NCBI RefSeq assembly: GCF_964188315.1
Contig: NC_135660.1
Location: 39,432,001 to 39,496,000 of the forward strand
Length of the DNA: 64,000 nucleotides
Direction of reading: 5' to 3'
Source: Podarcis muralis
Lineage: Eukaryota
Each line of letters starts with the position of its first letter. The first letter of the stretch is position 1. Of this stretch, positions 1 to 15,300 are shown piece by piece. Made by a program: the position numbers and the translations under genes. The notes under the pieces were generated by a model, which saw only the letters and a program-made list of their open reading frames with translations, was not told the DNA's origin and searched no databases.

Positions 1-496
1 TCTGTGGAAATCACATGAACAAATGATCACATAGAATATTTTTCTGCCACCAGAACACAAACAACTTTTCCCAGGGTCTTCCCATTTGGATCGTTGCACC
101 AGCACTTGTTGTGAGGGTACACAATCTCCCAACTCTGTTTCCTCTTTTATAAAAGCAGAATTTGCTATTTGAAGGAGAATAATAATTTTATCTCCATTCA
201 CTCTACAGCTGTGCCTGCAATGCAGATCAGTTCACTTTTACTTGAGCTAAGACGGGCTTCAAACCCAAATCCCCATTCATTATGCATTTTGACAGGACAC
301 TTACCCCTTCCAGTATCTTATATGACAAAGTGCATTCTATGCCACACCTGCTAGATCATACATGAGCACATGCAGCTGCCTTTGTCAGCAATCCAAGGTC
401 TTAGGCCATGTCATCCCTAGGCTGGCTAACCCAAATTCTTGTAGTTACAAGATGCCAAAGTTTGACCCTGTAAACTTCTGCATGTAAAACATAGGT

Positions 497-628
497 CAGG
501 CTTCCTCAACCTCAGCCCTCCAGATGTTTTGTACATTCCCCATCATCCCTGACCACTGGTCCTGCTAGCAAGGGATCATGGGAGTTGTAGGCCAAAAACA
601 TCTGGAGGGCCAAGGTTGAAGAAGCCTG
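497..628. mobile_element. Short hAT-type MITE
   Basis: Inverted ends caggcttc...gaagcctg, with the 8-bp TSD acataggt at 489-496 and 629-636. Confidence 0.85.
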
Positions 629-688
629 ACATAGGTTGTCAGTCAACCAGCTGAGTACAGGGATGCACCTGTCACCTTCACTATACAG

Positions 689-938
689 CAGGGGTAGGCA
701 ACCTAAGGCCCATGGGCCGGATGCGGCCCAATCGCCTTCTCAATCCAGCCCTCAGATGGTCCAGGAATTAGCGTGTTTTTACATGAGTAGAATGTGTGCT
801 TTTATTTAAAATGCATCTCTGGGTTATTTGTGGAGCATAGGAATTCGTTCATTCTTTCCCCCAAAATATAGTCCAGCCTACCACATGGTCTGAGGGACGG
901 TGGACCGGCCCACGGCTGAAAAAGGTTGCTGACCTCTG
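689..938. mobile_element. hAT-type MITE
   Basis: Ends caggggtaggcaacct...aggttgctgacctctg, with the 8-bp TSD ctatacag at 681-688 and 939-946. Confidence 0.9.
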
Positions 939-1057
939 CTATACAGGTTTCGACAAATGTTGAAGATGCACCTCTTTACTGTGGCCTTTCACACCTGAGG
1001 TGTTTTCAGGACCTGCACTAGCCCTTCAACTGCAATTTGTTTTTACTGTTTTTAATA

Positions 1058-1299
1058 CAGTGGTACCTCGGGTTGCATGCGCTTCAGGTTACATACGCTT
1101 CAGGTTACACACTCCACTAAGCCAGAAATAGTGCTTCAGGTTAAGAACTTTGCTTCAGGATAAGAACAGAAATCGGGCTCCGGCAGCGCAGCAGCAGCAG
1201 GAGGCCCCATTAGCTAAAGTGGTGCTTCAGGTTAAGAACAGTTTCAGGTTAAGTATGGACCTCCGGAACGAATTAAGTACTTAACCCGAGGTACCACTG
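1058..1299. mobile_element. Tc1/pogo (Tigger-like) MITE
   Basis: TIRs cagtggtacctcgggtt...aacccgaggtaccactg flanked by TA. Confidence 0.92.
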
Positions 1300-4065
1300 T
1301 ACTGAATTTTGAATTCTGGTCATCCTGGGATCTGCTGGTGAAGGACAGGCAAATAAAATAATAATAATAAATGCCTCCAGTAGAGCAAATAAGCTGTGTG
1401 GCTTAGTATGTGTATTTCCATCCTCCTAGAAATCTTTCACCCTGTTATTAAAAAAATAGAAAGAAAAAAGCATAGAATTGCAGGTAACTATGGAGCCCAC
1501 TTCTTTTGAATTTTTGCATATGGGCTGAATATACACCATTACATGAAGCTTAATAATAGAAGTCTCTGTGAATTCCACAAACACACACATTTTTGAAGTC
1601 TAGTAGATTGATGCTGGAAAATTCTCTCCTCTTCAATTTCATACATTATCAATGACAGCCATCTTCCACCTCCTTGTGGGCTACTCTCATCTTCCAGACA
1701 CTAGCCAAGGGGGCAGATGTATTTTCTGATGCACAGTCATGGATGGCCTTTGACATAAAATGTTTTACAGATAGAGAGCGCACACACATACACACACCAC
1801 AGGTGGCCAGAATGCCAGACCTCTGGCCCTATTGGTGATCAGGTTGGAATAATGGACTATGATTACAAAGTTCTGGTGCACAACAACTCAGCTGGAGCAA
1901 TAAATGCAATGCTCAGAACAGCTGCACAAAAGTAATGAGTGGGTAAATACAGCCTTTATCTTGACTGTGGTCCCAGTCAGAAAGAGGAATTCAGCCTTTT
2001 GACAGAAGGGAAACTGCCATCCTTTCAATCTGGGCAAGTCATGCAAGGTGCTGTAAGACTGAACTCCAGGTCTCTAGACTGTGGTCAAAGCTAATAACAG
2101 GAAGCACTCATACTTAAGCAGGAGAAGAGGTAAGTGTTGAGGGATCTCAGACTGACTGGCTTTCCCCCAGACTGCAGAATGACTAAATAGACGCTCATAA
2201 ATATCCTGCTGACAGCTCTCCGGCTACTTCTCTTCAAGTGCCCCAAAACAGAGAGAACTGAGGTATTCAGTGCGGGAAGTATGGGGGTGCATGAGAATAG
2301 AATCTTCAAATTAGACCTAAAGTATGATAAAATAAGTACAGATACGCTGGCTGGCTGAAGCTTTCACAATGTAAAATCTGCACTTCTGTGAATAACAAAC
2401 AATGCTGTGTCATAGCAAGACTTAAAAAATAAATAAATCAGGCTGGCATTGATACAGGCTTACTTTTAACTTATCACATTTTAATGTATTTTAGACTTTA
2501 AGTTAATATCTGTTTTACAGTGTTACCCACCTTGGCTCCACAGAACAAGGCTACAAACAGCAGCATACCAGATTAACATTTTGATAGGTCAGCAAATAGC
2601 TTGCGATTTCACATTCATAAAAAGCCACAGAATCGTGAAACCAACCCTTGATCTTGTCTTCTTATCCCTATTATCAGCTGGACTGGCTGTATCTGTGTAG
2701 CAAAATAAGTTGAAATAGACATGAGTCTATCCTGGTCCCTACTTAATTGCCTTCTTTGAATTCCTTCCACAATGGTTCTGAAACTCAAAAGCTTTCAAGA
2801 AATACACATAATATAGCATAACACGTAACATTTCCAGACGGACATTTTCCCCCCATATATTTGTGCCTGGCTGTCCTCCCCAATCCAGCAAGTTTCATTT
2901 TATCAGTGTTTCCCCATCAACAGGGCCAGCAAGACATTCTTCACAGCAGGTCTGATGTTTTCCTATGACAGTTAACTGAAAAGTAGTCCTTGGGGTCTTC
3001 TTTTCATGGATACAAACAAAAGACAGTTCAGGGAGCTGATACAGATCTACAAAATCAGCTTACGTGCCAGGAAAACAAAGGAAAAGGCTAACCAGTTAAA
3101 AAATATAGCATTTGCTCCTACAGATGTGACAAATCCCCTAAAAACATTAGGCACCATCTACTGGGAAAGAAGATGCTAGGCAAGAGTCTTATTTTCTCTA
3201 AATTCTCTGAACTCTTTTTACAGGAAACAAATATTAATACCCTATTTGAGGGCAGTCCATCTAAGGAAATACAATGATTCCTGTCTCCCTGAGTTGAGTA
3301 AAATCGTTCCTATTCCTGTAGGATTAGACCTACTAGTTTCCCATGCACAAAACTGAGGAACTGCATGTGGGCTTCTGGTGCTAACAATTTTCTCTGATAA
3401 TATAACCAGCCTACCTATGTGCCTCACCTGGGACTTTGAATATATATGTATTGGTCCCTTCTCCTGCCCACAAACAAAATAATATAGGACAGTATTCAGC
3501 TAAATAGTTGCATTAGTGCAATGGAACCCCACCCCTCTCCTCCCCCTGTGCCTCCCCTCCAAATCAGCTCCTGAGGGTTGGGTGAACCCCCATAACAGAT
3601 TCAGCGTTACACAGGGGGAGAATGTTCTGCTGCGCAAGGAGAAGTTCTTGCACCAACAGAATATTCACCTTAGCACTATGGAGTATACAATCCATCCTGA
3701 CTAAATTACTATTTTATAATACCTATCAAGGCTGCAGCAATCCAGGGACCCCCGATAAGATCTGAAGGTGCTGACAAAAAGGAGGGAGAATCTGAACTCT
3801 GCTTGCCTTACCACTCTTCTGTCCTTGCCCCACCCCTTTCTCCAGTTCCCTCCTTTGTAACAAAAGTACTGGCTCTTTCATGATAGAAAAGAGAGCACCA
3901 TGCATCACAGTGTTTAGCACAGAGATGGACTATGGTAGCTTAATGTGCAAACTTGCTTATATAAGTGAGAAGGCATAACCTTCATCCTTCCCCTCACTCT
4001 TCATGCTACAAAACACAGTGCCTGCAGTGGCAACTGCATAATATGCTGCACAGGTCAAGGTGGCA

Positions 4066-4745
4066 GACCTTAGGTATTTGAAAATGGCTACCATATCACC
4101 TCTCATTCGCCTCTTTTCCAGGCTAAACATACTCAACTTCCTCAACAGTTCCTCTTCTGCACATGTTCCAGCTTGTCAAAACCCTGTTGACTCATGATAA
4201 GCTTGTGATCTACCCTAGATCATTTTCACAACTACTACTGGCAAGCCAGGTGTCCCCCATTCCTGCCTAAGTGCAGAACCTTACATTTCATAGGATTATA
4301 GAGTTGGAAGGGATTCTTAACGTCATCTAGCCCAACTCCCTATTGAAATTTTGTTAGTTTGGGCCAATTCTCTAATCTGTTAAGGTCATCTGGAATCCGA
4401 ATTTTGTGTTTTGCAGCATTAGGTACCTCTCCAAGTTTAGTGTCATCTGCAAATTTGACTGTCACCCTCTCAATTCCTTCATGCAATTCGTTTATAAAGA
4501 TGTTGAACAGCAATGGGCCCAGGACAGAACACCCAACTTGTCATTTTTTTCCAGGATGATGAGGAACCATTACTGAATACTCTTTGGGTTTGGGAGCTAC
4601 AAATCCATCTAACAATAACCTTGTCCAGCAAACATTTTACCAACTTCTCCGTAAGAATTTAATGGGGGACTTTGTCGAAAGTCTTAGTGAAATCAAGCTA
4701 CACTACATCCACAGCATCCCCTTGATTCACCAGGCTTGTAACTTT
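4066..4745 (-). mobile_element. CR1 LINE fragments
   Basis: Antisense translation gives LSMFSLEKRRMRGDMVAIFKYL, typical of the CR1 RT C-terminus. A CR1-like 3' tail lies near 4285-4345 and more RT-like sequence runs to about 4745. Ends are approximate. Confidence 0.75.
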
Positions 4746-6312
4746 CTCTCTATATATATAATGACAAAATCCCCCATGATATTCTTGCATATAGGTGCCT
4801 CCTTCTCACAGACAAGGTAAGCAGTTACAGCAATGGGTCCATGTGGTACCTGTCCTTCCCTGCAGGGGGAAACTCACTGTAAGAGCAACCCCTGCCATGC
4901 ATCCTGACAAGGAAGAGCAGTGTTTTCAGAATGCCTTGTAGGCAAGACAAAGAGCAGCAGAAGAGAACTGCCTGGAAAGCCAGACTTCTCACCACCACCT
5001 GTTCTTATGGGAAAGTAAACCATTGCCAGTCAGATCCTTGCTGTTGGCTTGATCAAGATGCAAGCCAGCTGGGCAGGCAATGACAAGAGAACCAGCATGC
5101 AGTTGTCTACCATTTGCTGATGGAAAATGATTGCTATGCTGGCTCTCTTGACATCACCTGCCCCATCGTTGGGAGTATTTCTCCATTTAGGGTAAACCAG
5201 CAGCAACAGCTACAACCAGGATCTGTTATTGCAAGAGCTACGTGAGATGACAGCTATGATTGATTTCCCCCTTTTGGTGACCAGGGCAGATAGTAGCAGT
5301 AATTATTCCTGGTTCAAATCCCCCACCATCACCATTGCCATTTCCAGTAGGATTCTTTTCATAAATTAAATAGCCCTTTAACACTAGGGGATCATTCACA
5401 CTTCTACTTGTGCAGTGCCTAGAAAGTATGACTTTGAGTAGTTTTCTGCTTGACCCACTCCTTTGCAAGGGAAAACTCACTCTTTAGCAACAAATCAGAA
5501 CAAATAGCAATCCGGGAAAAACCCAAATTGCCATTTGCTCTGATTGAGCGCTAAAGAGCCGTTTTCTCTAGAAAAAGCAGCAGGACAATGGAAGTGCGGA
5601 TAAGCCCTAGTTTAGAGAGGTTGGTATCTATGCAGCCTTCATAACACAAAACACAGCAATGTGAAATGAAAGTTTCTCTCTTTCTCTTTCTCTCTCTCCT
5701 CTTCAGCTCTAGAAGAATGCACATTCTAGTCCCACTGCACATATCAATGCTAAACACAGTGCAATACTATAGCAGCTACAACCTGTTGCTACAGCAAGAA
5801 GAAATATTCATGTTCCTTCAGTGTTTATATAGAGGGCAACTGCTTTTCATTCCTGGTAAGGAATACCCCAGAAGGGTGGCATCAAAAGAGTGGCTGTTTC
5901 CAGGTACCAAGGCAAGCTCCCAATTTTTCAATATTTTGGGATTCACCTGTCCATTCAAACCATAATATTTAGGCTTGTTTCCTGAACCCATGCAAAAACT
6001 GCAATCATAGATCTAAACATCCAACTAGAAATGTTTACCCACTTCAATGAGTAAAAACTGCTGGCAGAGCCTGCTCAGCATAGTGACTACATTCAGGGAG
6101 CACTGATTTCTGGCCTGCTGTATTCAAGGGCTGGGGAATCACTAGAGATTATTCAACGAGAATTCAGTGGCCAGAAGCTGACTAGAATGTTATCTAGCCT
6201 CATTCTGTTAAATGTAAGTAGCACCTAGAGCAATGGAAAATTAGGGTCAGGTAAGCTCACTTCCTGGTTTTAGAGGGCAAAACTGTCTCACTTAGGTGAC
6301 TGAAAATCTGGC

Positions 6313-9300
6313 CTATTGTAGCTGAGCCACAGCCTGCTTCAGATCTTCCACAATCAGGTCCACATCCTCCTTGCTGGTAGCACGACCCACACTGAGACGC
6401 AAGGCGTTCTGTGCCACGTCATAAGGAATTCCGCAGCTAAGCAGGATAGAGGATGGCCTGGTGAACAAAGATAAAATAAGTCAAGTTTAACCTCCTAAAA
6501 TTCCCTACAGTGGTTCCAAGAAGTGAACAGAGGAAGGAAACAAAAATTATGCAGTCCTATACTTATTTCTAAGTCTCATTAGTTTCCAATATGAGCCGCA
6601 AAGAATTCTGCCTCTGTAGTGCACATTCACATCACTGTTCTTCCTAAGAATGCTGCAGTCACCCCAGCTTAGGTGCAGATCCACTGCAGTGTTGGTTTTA
6701 AATGATAGGCAACACTTTTCTCTTGCAGGCAGACTCTGAAATATTGCCCAGGAGGGAATGTGGCTAAAAAAGATTCCCCATCTACTGGTATGTAGAGTGG
6801 TTAGAGTGTCAGATTACAACTGGGGAGCGCCTAGGTCCCAGCTCAGACATAATTAACTGACCTTGAGCTAGTGACTAGCTAACTTCCTCACAGGTTTGGT
6901 GTCAAAAGAGAGTCAAAGAACTGTGTATGCTGCTCTGAACTCATCAAAGCATGAGAAAGAAATGTAAAAAACAAACAAATAAATCTGACTTAAGCCCAAA
7001 CTAGATGCAAGACCATCTAGTGTTAGCAAGAAGAGCTGGATGGGGATCCTGGCATGGAGGTACTGTAAGGGAGCTTTGACCCTGCTGTGGCCCCCTGCCC
7101 CTATTAATCACATTGGGGGGAAATGTTTCTATCTTCTCCAGTGGAAGCTTTCCCCCCATGCATATAGCAGGCACAGGCAGCTCCATCCAGATTGGGACCA
7201 CCATGGCAGGGGAGGAGTGGTTCAGTTCTCTCCCCCAATAACAGGGTGCCAGTCCAGACTTGCCCCACATTCCTGCAGTTGTTACTTGTGTGAATGGCAT
7301 TGAATTTTGTTTGGCCCTTCATGCTTGCTATTCAGGAACCTGCTTTTGAACGTGATCCTGTGCGCATCCATGTGGAAACATGGAACTGAAATGTATTATC
7401 TCTGGAGCAGGTATGTGAGCAAAAGCCTCGATTCTAGCACATTCTGTTCTCAGATTTGGCTCCAGCATTATGTAGCTAATTAATTGGGACACAAGGCTTG
7501 TCATACCAATATGCTTATATGATTTTGCAGGTCTCAGACATAAAACTGAACCACAAGCATTCTAGGAAAATCTTTAGGTGAAAGAAATACAATACAAGGC
7601 ACTTAGGTTTCCACTGCTCTCTCCAGTATTTGAAACAAGCAGCGCACAACAGCAGGGGAGCAAGTTGCTGCTCAGACACATGATCTGTCACACTACACTG
7701 CTCTCTCTATTCAAAGGAAAACCACTTGATGATATCCTAATTCTAGGCACTTAGCTGATCACCTACTTCCCTGCCCAGCTGGAACCATCCCCTGTGAGTT
7801 CCAAAAGGGTGGGTGCCAAGGTAGAAAGGCCACAGCTTATGCAAATGTTGGCTTGTACAAAAGTGCAAAGAAAACACTTTCCACTAAGATACAAATACAT
7901 TAACCGGCTTATGAACTTAAAGCAAATTGACCAGCTTGCAAAATAAGCTCAGCTCCTCAATAAGCGGCAACAGTCTGCAACACTATCTCAGTAACCCCTA
8001 CTGCTAGCACCCTCTCCTGTGCTGCCCTTACCACCTGGCGGAAAAGTGGGACTGGCACTGTGGCAACTATACAACCCCTTCCACTTCTTAGACCTGGACC
8101 AGTAGCTCTTTAAAGCCAGGAGAAGGGTGGTTCACACAGCTAAGTGGAGGGACAGGATTAGTCTGCCCATTGTCCAGGGGCAAATGGCATGGCCTGGATG
8201 CAGGGTGAGAGATTGTGGGAGGCGGTGTCACATGTCTCTGGCAGTCTTCTCCTAAAGCAGGAGGATTTCATGTTTGAAAATGGAAAACGTTCCCTTGGTA
8301 CATCTTTGGGGGGCAGGAGAGAAGACCGTAAGATGTAAGGGCTGGCGTTACTGTCATAGGGTGGAATTCAACATTGTGCTCTTCCAATCATTCTGCCTGC
8401 ACAAGCATTTCAGCTTGCCACCATCTCCACCCACTGTTGTGGGATTCTCCTGACTCCCCTCCCCGAGCCAATTTTGGGGCACATGGTGGGAGATGGGAAA
8501 GTTACGCTGTGCAAGTACAAGTACTTGTGCAGGGCTGCTGCTGACAGGGCAGGTTGGGTGAATCCTGCTATTGTCACACACACACTAATACTACCATTAA
8601 GAAGAAGAGTTCCCTGAGAAGGTGGGTGAGTACAGGTGTTGCACCCTTTGCTTTCACTTTTCTACATCAGATGGATCTGTCCCCTCCAGCCACAGAATGC
8701 CCAGTTTCCCAACATGGTTCCTTACCGGTCACCCTTCTCGGAGTGGCATGCAGCACCAACACTGGCAAGCAAAGTCCTACAGTGAGATAGTACCAGCCGA
8801 CCTGCAGAAAATACAAGACATAGGCGTGCCATGAAATACCCAAGGACCTGGTGGAGGAAGGAACCCATAGAATCAGTTTTCAACCTCCCCTCACTCCATT
8901 CAGTGCTTATCCCACCTACACTTTTGCTAGAACTGACTTCTCACTAAAGCTGGAGGGGGGGGGGAATAAACAAATGCAAAAGTTAATGCACATCATACAT
9001 ATAAAATTGTCAAATGCAGATCTGAACAGGCAAAGTAGGGTTTTAATGACAAAAAGGTTTAATAGATAAAATCAGGATGTGGGTTTTACAATTAGAATCC
9101 CTCCTGAGATAAATATGAAATTCATGCTGAAATTATAAAAAGCCAAACTTAAAACTCATTTCCTTTTTTTACAGTGGTACCTCTAGTTACGAACTTAATT
9201 CGTTCCAGAAGTACGTTCTTAACATGAAACTGTTCTTAACCTGAGGCGTGCTTTCGCTAATGGGGCCTCCTGCTGCCGCTGCCGCGCCGCCACGCGACTT

Positions 9301-12300
9301 CCGCTCACATCCTGGGGCAAAGTTTGCTACCAGGGATATCTACAGTGGTACCTCGGGTTACAAACACTTTGGGTTACAGACTCCGCTAACCAGGAAGTAG
9401 TACCTCGGGTTAAGAACTTTGCCCCAGGATGAGAAGAGAAATTGTGTGGTGGTGGCGCAGCGGCAGCGGGAGGCCCCATTAGCTAAAGTGGTACCTCAGG
9501 TTAAGAACGGACCTTCAGAACGAATTAAGTTCATAACCAGAGGTATCACTGTACTTCCAGGTTAGCTGAGCTCATTACCCGAAGTGTTCATAAAGGGGAC
9601 GGTACGTAACCCAAGGTTCCACTGTACAGTGGTACCTCGGGTTAAGAACTTAATTCGTTCTGGAGGTCTGTTCTTAACCTGAAACTGTTCTTAACCTGAA
9701 GCACCACTTTAGCTAATGGGGCCTCCTGGTGCCGCCGCTGCATGATTTCTGTTCTCATTCTGAAGCAAAGTTCTTAACCTGAGGTACTATTTCTGGGTTA
9801 GTGGAGTCTGTAACCTGAAGTGTATGTAACCTGAAGCATATGTAATCCGAGGTGCCACTGTATTTGCAAAATTTCACAATTTGTTTGAGCAATTAGAAAA
9901 CCAATTTCCAGGACCATATTTTAGCTTCTCCCCACTCTCCCTCACACAGCAGCAGTCTGGTTTTCATCTGCTCTGAAACTATCTTAAGAGCAATGCAGTC
10001 TTGAGATCTATTGACAGGTTTAACACATATGTTGGTCACCGAGGAAGTTGTAGGCAAAAAAAACCCCAACAACACCTAAAGTAGACTGACAGCAGCCATA
10101 TAGGAATGGTGAAAATTTAGAGCCATAGGGGATACCTTTTAGTCCTGAGCCCTTGACAGAAAAGTTACAGGTGTTGCACAGTCTCCTTGAGCCTTTCAGC
10201 CTGCAGTTAAAATAAACTCCTTGCTCTTCAAACGCTGCCTAAAATGTGCAAAAATAATACTTTCAAGAAATGTTTGTTAATGATTGCCCTCACTTCACTA
10301 TCCCCCAGCTTAGCGTTCCTACAAAGGAAGGCAGCAAGAAGAAAGTGCCATGCAATTCTATCTACAAACAGGGGTCAATCCTCCCTTCCCTATGCAAAGG
10401 TTGCAGGCCAAACCAGAAAACAGGCACCCAGAGAACTCACTTCAAGTCTCTCTTCCAGGTAATCCCGGACCTTCCTCATGTGAGCTTCATAAACCTCACA
10501 GTGCCTGCTCACCAAGTCTGCTGCCTGCAAAGGAAGACAATCAGCATACCATGTTTCTCAGTGGCTACAACAAGAGACAGAACCATGAAGGGAATGGTGA
10601 TTCCCATAGAATGTCCCCATCCAGACAGATGAAAACAGATCAGGATATTCAATGCAGGACTGAAATGGGTAGGCAATCTGAATGAAATCACCTTTTGTGC
10701 CTATTCATAATGTGATTCCTTTGGTCTGACAGTGATTTGTCAGAGACCAAGGAAAGTCTACATGGCACAATTTTGCACGGGCCTCTCTCTCTAGAGCACA
10801 CCTGCAAGGTACCCACCACTCTCAATCAACTAAAAGAAAACCCATTAATCATATAACTATATACCTGTAACCTCAGTGACATAAGCTCTCTTCATATGTT
10901 TACTCACCTGATCTATCAGGCTTCTAAACTGCATTGGCAGCCTACACAGATAGTAAAGGCTCCCTGCTTTAAAACCTATTCCTCTGTGGTGCATTTTGTT
11001 TTAATACACTGTTTACTACTGGGGGGGGGGGGCATTTGGCCAAAAAGGCAATAGCAGGAGCTGGGAGGAGCTACACAACCTTGGACATGGGGCTAAAGAT
11101 GCTGACCCACAGCTCCTGGTATGTGTGTTGTCCCTTTGTGAAAGCAGCACATGAAGAGGTCTACTAGAGAAAATCTGGACATATTCTCCAACAGACCCTC
11201 AAACAGTGGCTGGGTGTTGAGTTATTGAGCACACTTTCTCCTCACCCCACCCCAGTGTATATATAGGCCAACTTGATGTACCTTTCTTGTTCTGGCATGC
11301 CATTCACATAAAGCCACAGGGAAAACTGTAAAGATTAGCTATTTGCTCTGAAAAATATGCCTAGAACAACCTTTAGTATTTCAACAAGTCCTCAGTAACC
11401 AGATCCTCACAACGATGGGAAACAACCGGAGTTTACAGTAAAGCATTTGTAAGCATCCTTGTCTCCTATCAATGTCCCACTGTGCACAGATTTAGAACTT
11501 TTGCTCCATAGGTCAAATAGCACTCCACCTCTGGCATCAGAGCGCGGGGGTGTGAGGGAAGAGAAGCACCAGCACAGATAAGCAAACCCAGGGAAATCTG
11601 TTGCACTGCTTCTGCCTTTAAATTATTGTAAGAAGAATGCTGGGTTGAAATCTGAGCCTTGCTACCAGGACAGCATCTCATGTTGAATCCATAACTGTCA
11701 TTATTAGCCCTCATCAGCTTACCTTGCCAAGGCCAGCAATCATTGGTGTATTCTCAGTCCTAGAACAGAGAAGTGCAGTGTATATTTATTCCTAAAGCAT
11801 AATAAAAGTGGCACAAGCACAGGGGCTATATCTACTTGGGTAACTAGCATAATGCAGGGACTGAAAATGGCGCTACTGTGTGATAGGAGCTACTGCTCAG
11901 TTGTGGGGGGAGGAGATCTGGTCTTTCTTGTCATCTGAATGTGACTTAGGAAGCTCAGATGCTGCCTTATACCAAGTCAGACCACTGGCCCATTGAGCAC
12001 CGTATTACTGACCAGCAGTAGCATTCCAAGGTTTCAGGCTGTGGTCTTTCCCAACCCTACCTGGAGATGTTGGGGGTTGAACCTAGAATCTTTTTGCATG
12101 TAAAGTGTGTGTGCACTAAAACTCAGCCACAGCCCATGACGTAAACCCTACACTGCATTTCCCAGCAGCTTATCCTGAAACGCTTCACACTTTGCCAAAT
12201 GAGAAACATGATATGAAAGGGAAAGGTTTTCAAAAGCTGAGCCTTTCACTCCCTAATCTATGCATCCTTGGAGTCTCAAAGAAAACTATCTTCAAAAAAA

Positions 12301-15300
12301 ACTGCTTGGTGTCTTCTCTCACAGCCCCTCACCCGCGTGAAGAAGAGGAACATGGGCTACCCACATATTGCTCCCACATCCAAGAGAGGTCCCCACCTTA
12401 CTTGGCCTCCCCCTGGATTAACTGGCTACCTCTGTGCCCTCATCCTTCTTACCCAGGGCGGAAGTTCCGTTCCTGCCCACCTCCAAACAGCATGGGATGG
12501 AGAGGAGTGGTGACACCAGGGCCTCGCACATACAGCGCTCCAATACGCGGGGCATAGAACTGCAACAATAAATCACAAAGCTAATGCCTCCAGACAAGAA
12601 CTAAGTGGTGTGTCCAACAGGAAACTGAGGTGCCTTGACCACACAGAAGTAAGGCTGACAAGAGCAGAGAAGCAAACATTAATCCTTGGGGAAATCATGT
12701 TTGCCCGTGGGAGAGAAGTATGGGTGAATCCTATGCTCACTGCTACCCCTCCCCTAGACTACCTCAGTGCTATTTCACACATAACAGAAGAGTTTCCTGT
12801 GTTTTCTCCCCCTGTTCTGTATCACTTGACAGGCATTTGTGTGCTTCAAAAAAACATGACAAACATGTTCCCAGATGCCACAGTTATTAAACTAATTACG
12901 CCTGGAGATTAACTTGAATCATTACTTGGCTACTGACAAAATAAATAAAAAAATGATAAGCTGTTTTTGAATACTGTAATGGAAAGTGACGTTGACACAC
13001 TGGACATCTCCTGCTATGGGTCATGCTCTCCTGCGCAATGTGAAAATGTGGACAAATTCACTCAACATTGTTCCCAGATTGCCATCTGGTGGAGAAGCAG
13101 TTGAGTTGCATTGCATCCTAAGAAGTGAGTTATCGACTGTCCACTATGTTTTTAGGTGTTCCAAGAGTTCATGATGAAAATAAAAGACAATTTAAACAAC
13201 ACTTTCTGCATTTCTGTGCAACCATGCTAGATGCATGGGCTGCAGAGAAGAGGGCCAAGATACTGTTCAGGGCAGAGTTTACATTGCAGTCACCATATGA
13301 CAATCTGCATGGCAGCTGTAGCAAAATACAATTGTCAGCAGCAAGCAAATCAACAATGGTTCTCATTTTAAAAAAACCCTGACGAACTGCTGCTCTAGCA
13401 CATGGATTCCCCAAAGTTAACAAAAGGCCAAAGTGAGATGGCCTCTTTGTATATTCTTTGTGTGTACATATTGTGCACTGTTTTTATGAGAGTAAGGAAA
13501 GAAGGAACAACTTTCAAATGAAAAAAAAAGTTTTGGAAATCAGGATGTAGATAGCATTAGACACATTTATTAAACAACGTAAGAAAAACACCTTTAGCCC
13601 TAATAGAGTCAGTCTGCAATCCTGCACAATGAGAACTGTGAGTGAGAGAACCAATTATGAACACCCAAACGTTTTTACTGCCAGCTTCCTGTCACACAAA
13701 GCACCTCTGGATTATGGTCACTGTCTGGTTCTCAGAATGATGGCTGGTGTTCAGGGAGCCCTGGTATGTTCTTTCTTATTTTTCTCTCTAAATATTTTAT
13801 CAACAATAAAGGATGACTCTATGGGCTGACAGCAACCCTCTGCTTAATGGGTATTGGATTTACCATGTTGGGAGATGACCTAGATGCATGGACATCTCTT
13901 ATCCTGCATGTAGAAACTACATTGTAGACCGAAGAGAGAAGCACCATACCTTGTGCCCCACAATAGTGAGGTAATCCACTCCCAGATCCTGCACGTCCAC
14001 TTGACCTTTCCCAATCATCTGGGCTGCATCTGTGTGTACCAAGATCCGTGGCAGACCAAATGCCGTTCTCTTCCGATTGAGAGCTTGAATCCGTTGGCTG
14101 AGTTCGGAGACAGGCTGATAGAAGAAAGAACCATTAGGAGGCATCATCTCACCAGGAACACAAGTGTTCTGGCTCTCTCTTTTCCTACTGCCCTACTGGC
14201 TGACATATGATGCCTTCACAGAATTACTTGCCTGGAAAGCTGGTGGTTGCCTTTGAACTTTTATTGATGGTATTCTATGGTTTTATTGTTATGTAGCACA
14301 ACTGCCCCGCCTTTGTAATTAAGGTAGAAGTTAGCATTTGGTGTAACTCAGCATCCAAACAAAGGACACCACATATAAACTCCACAGAACACACAACCCT
14401 ACACAGGGAGACCGTGGTTCACGGCATAGGGCTATGTCTCTACGTCTCCGGAGAGCAAAACCTGTAATTCCAAACTAGATTGGGGGAGCAATGAGGTGAC
14501 AAAAATTGTAGAACTAAAGGTTTTGCTATACAGTGGACCTGTGATTTACAGTGGTGCCTCGCAAGACGAAATTAATCCGTTCCACGAGTCCCTTCGTCTT
14601 GCGGTTTTTTCGTCTTGCGAAGCATGGCTATTAGCGGCTATTAACGGCTTAGCGGCTTTAAGAAAAAGGAAACAAACTCGCAAGACGTTTCGTCTTGTGA
14701 AGCAAGCCCATAGGGAAATTCGTCTTGCGGAACGACTCAAAAAACGGAAAACCCTTTCGTCTAGCGAGTTTTTCGTCTTGCGAGGCATTCGTCTTGCGGG
14801 GCACCACTGTATGTACATTTAACATGTGTGCATTCAGCTTTAGGCACTTGGCAAAAACAAAAAATTAAAAGAGGGGCAGAAAGAGGAGCGAGCATCTGGG
14901 GGGAAAACTTTGGCAATCCCACCTGGCGTTGCATCCAGTGTGTTTTGACTATACATGATTTTGGCTTTATGCACTATCCCCGGTACTTAAACCCCTGTGT
15001 AAGTTGCGGGGCTTACTGTATACCTAAAAATACATTGGTACCTCGGGTTAAGTACTTAATTCGTTCCGGAGGTCCGTTCTTTTTTTTTTTAATTTTTTAG
15101 CAAATTTTCCTTTTACAAATTAAATAAACATCTCCATATTTCCATTTCACAGATTACAGCTTTTTGACTTCCACCGGTTCCTCCCACCATCCTCATATTC
15201 ATATGTTTGTTACGCATTTTCTTTATATTATATTGCCAGTTAATAAATCCTCTCTTCTTATTTCTATTACAATACCCTTTATCATCACAAAGCCTCTTTA

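Noticed and set aside
1800-5500. ESPNL or a second SCLY-like gene downstream of SCLY
   Set aside because: No ankyrin or YLDYNATT-like motifs were found; scattered splice-like signals (for example 3428-3463) did not form a consistent model.
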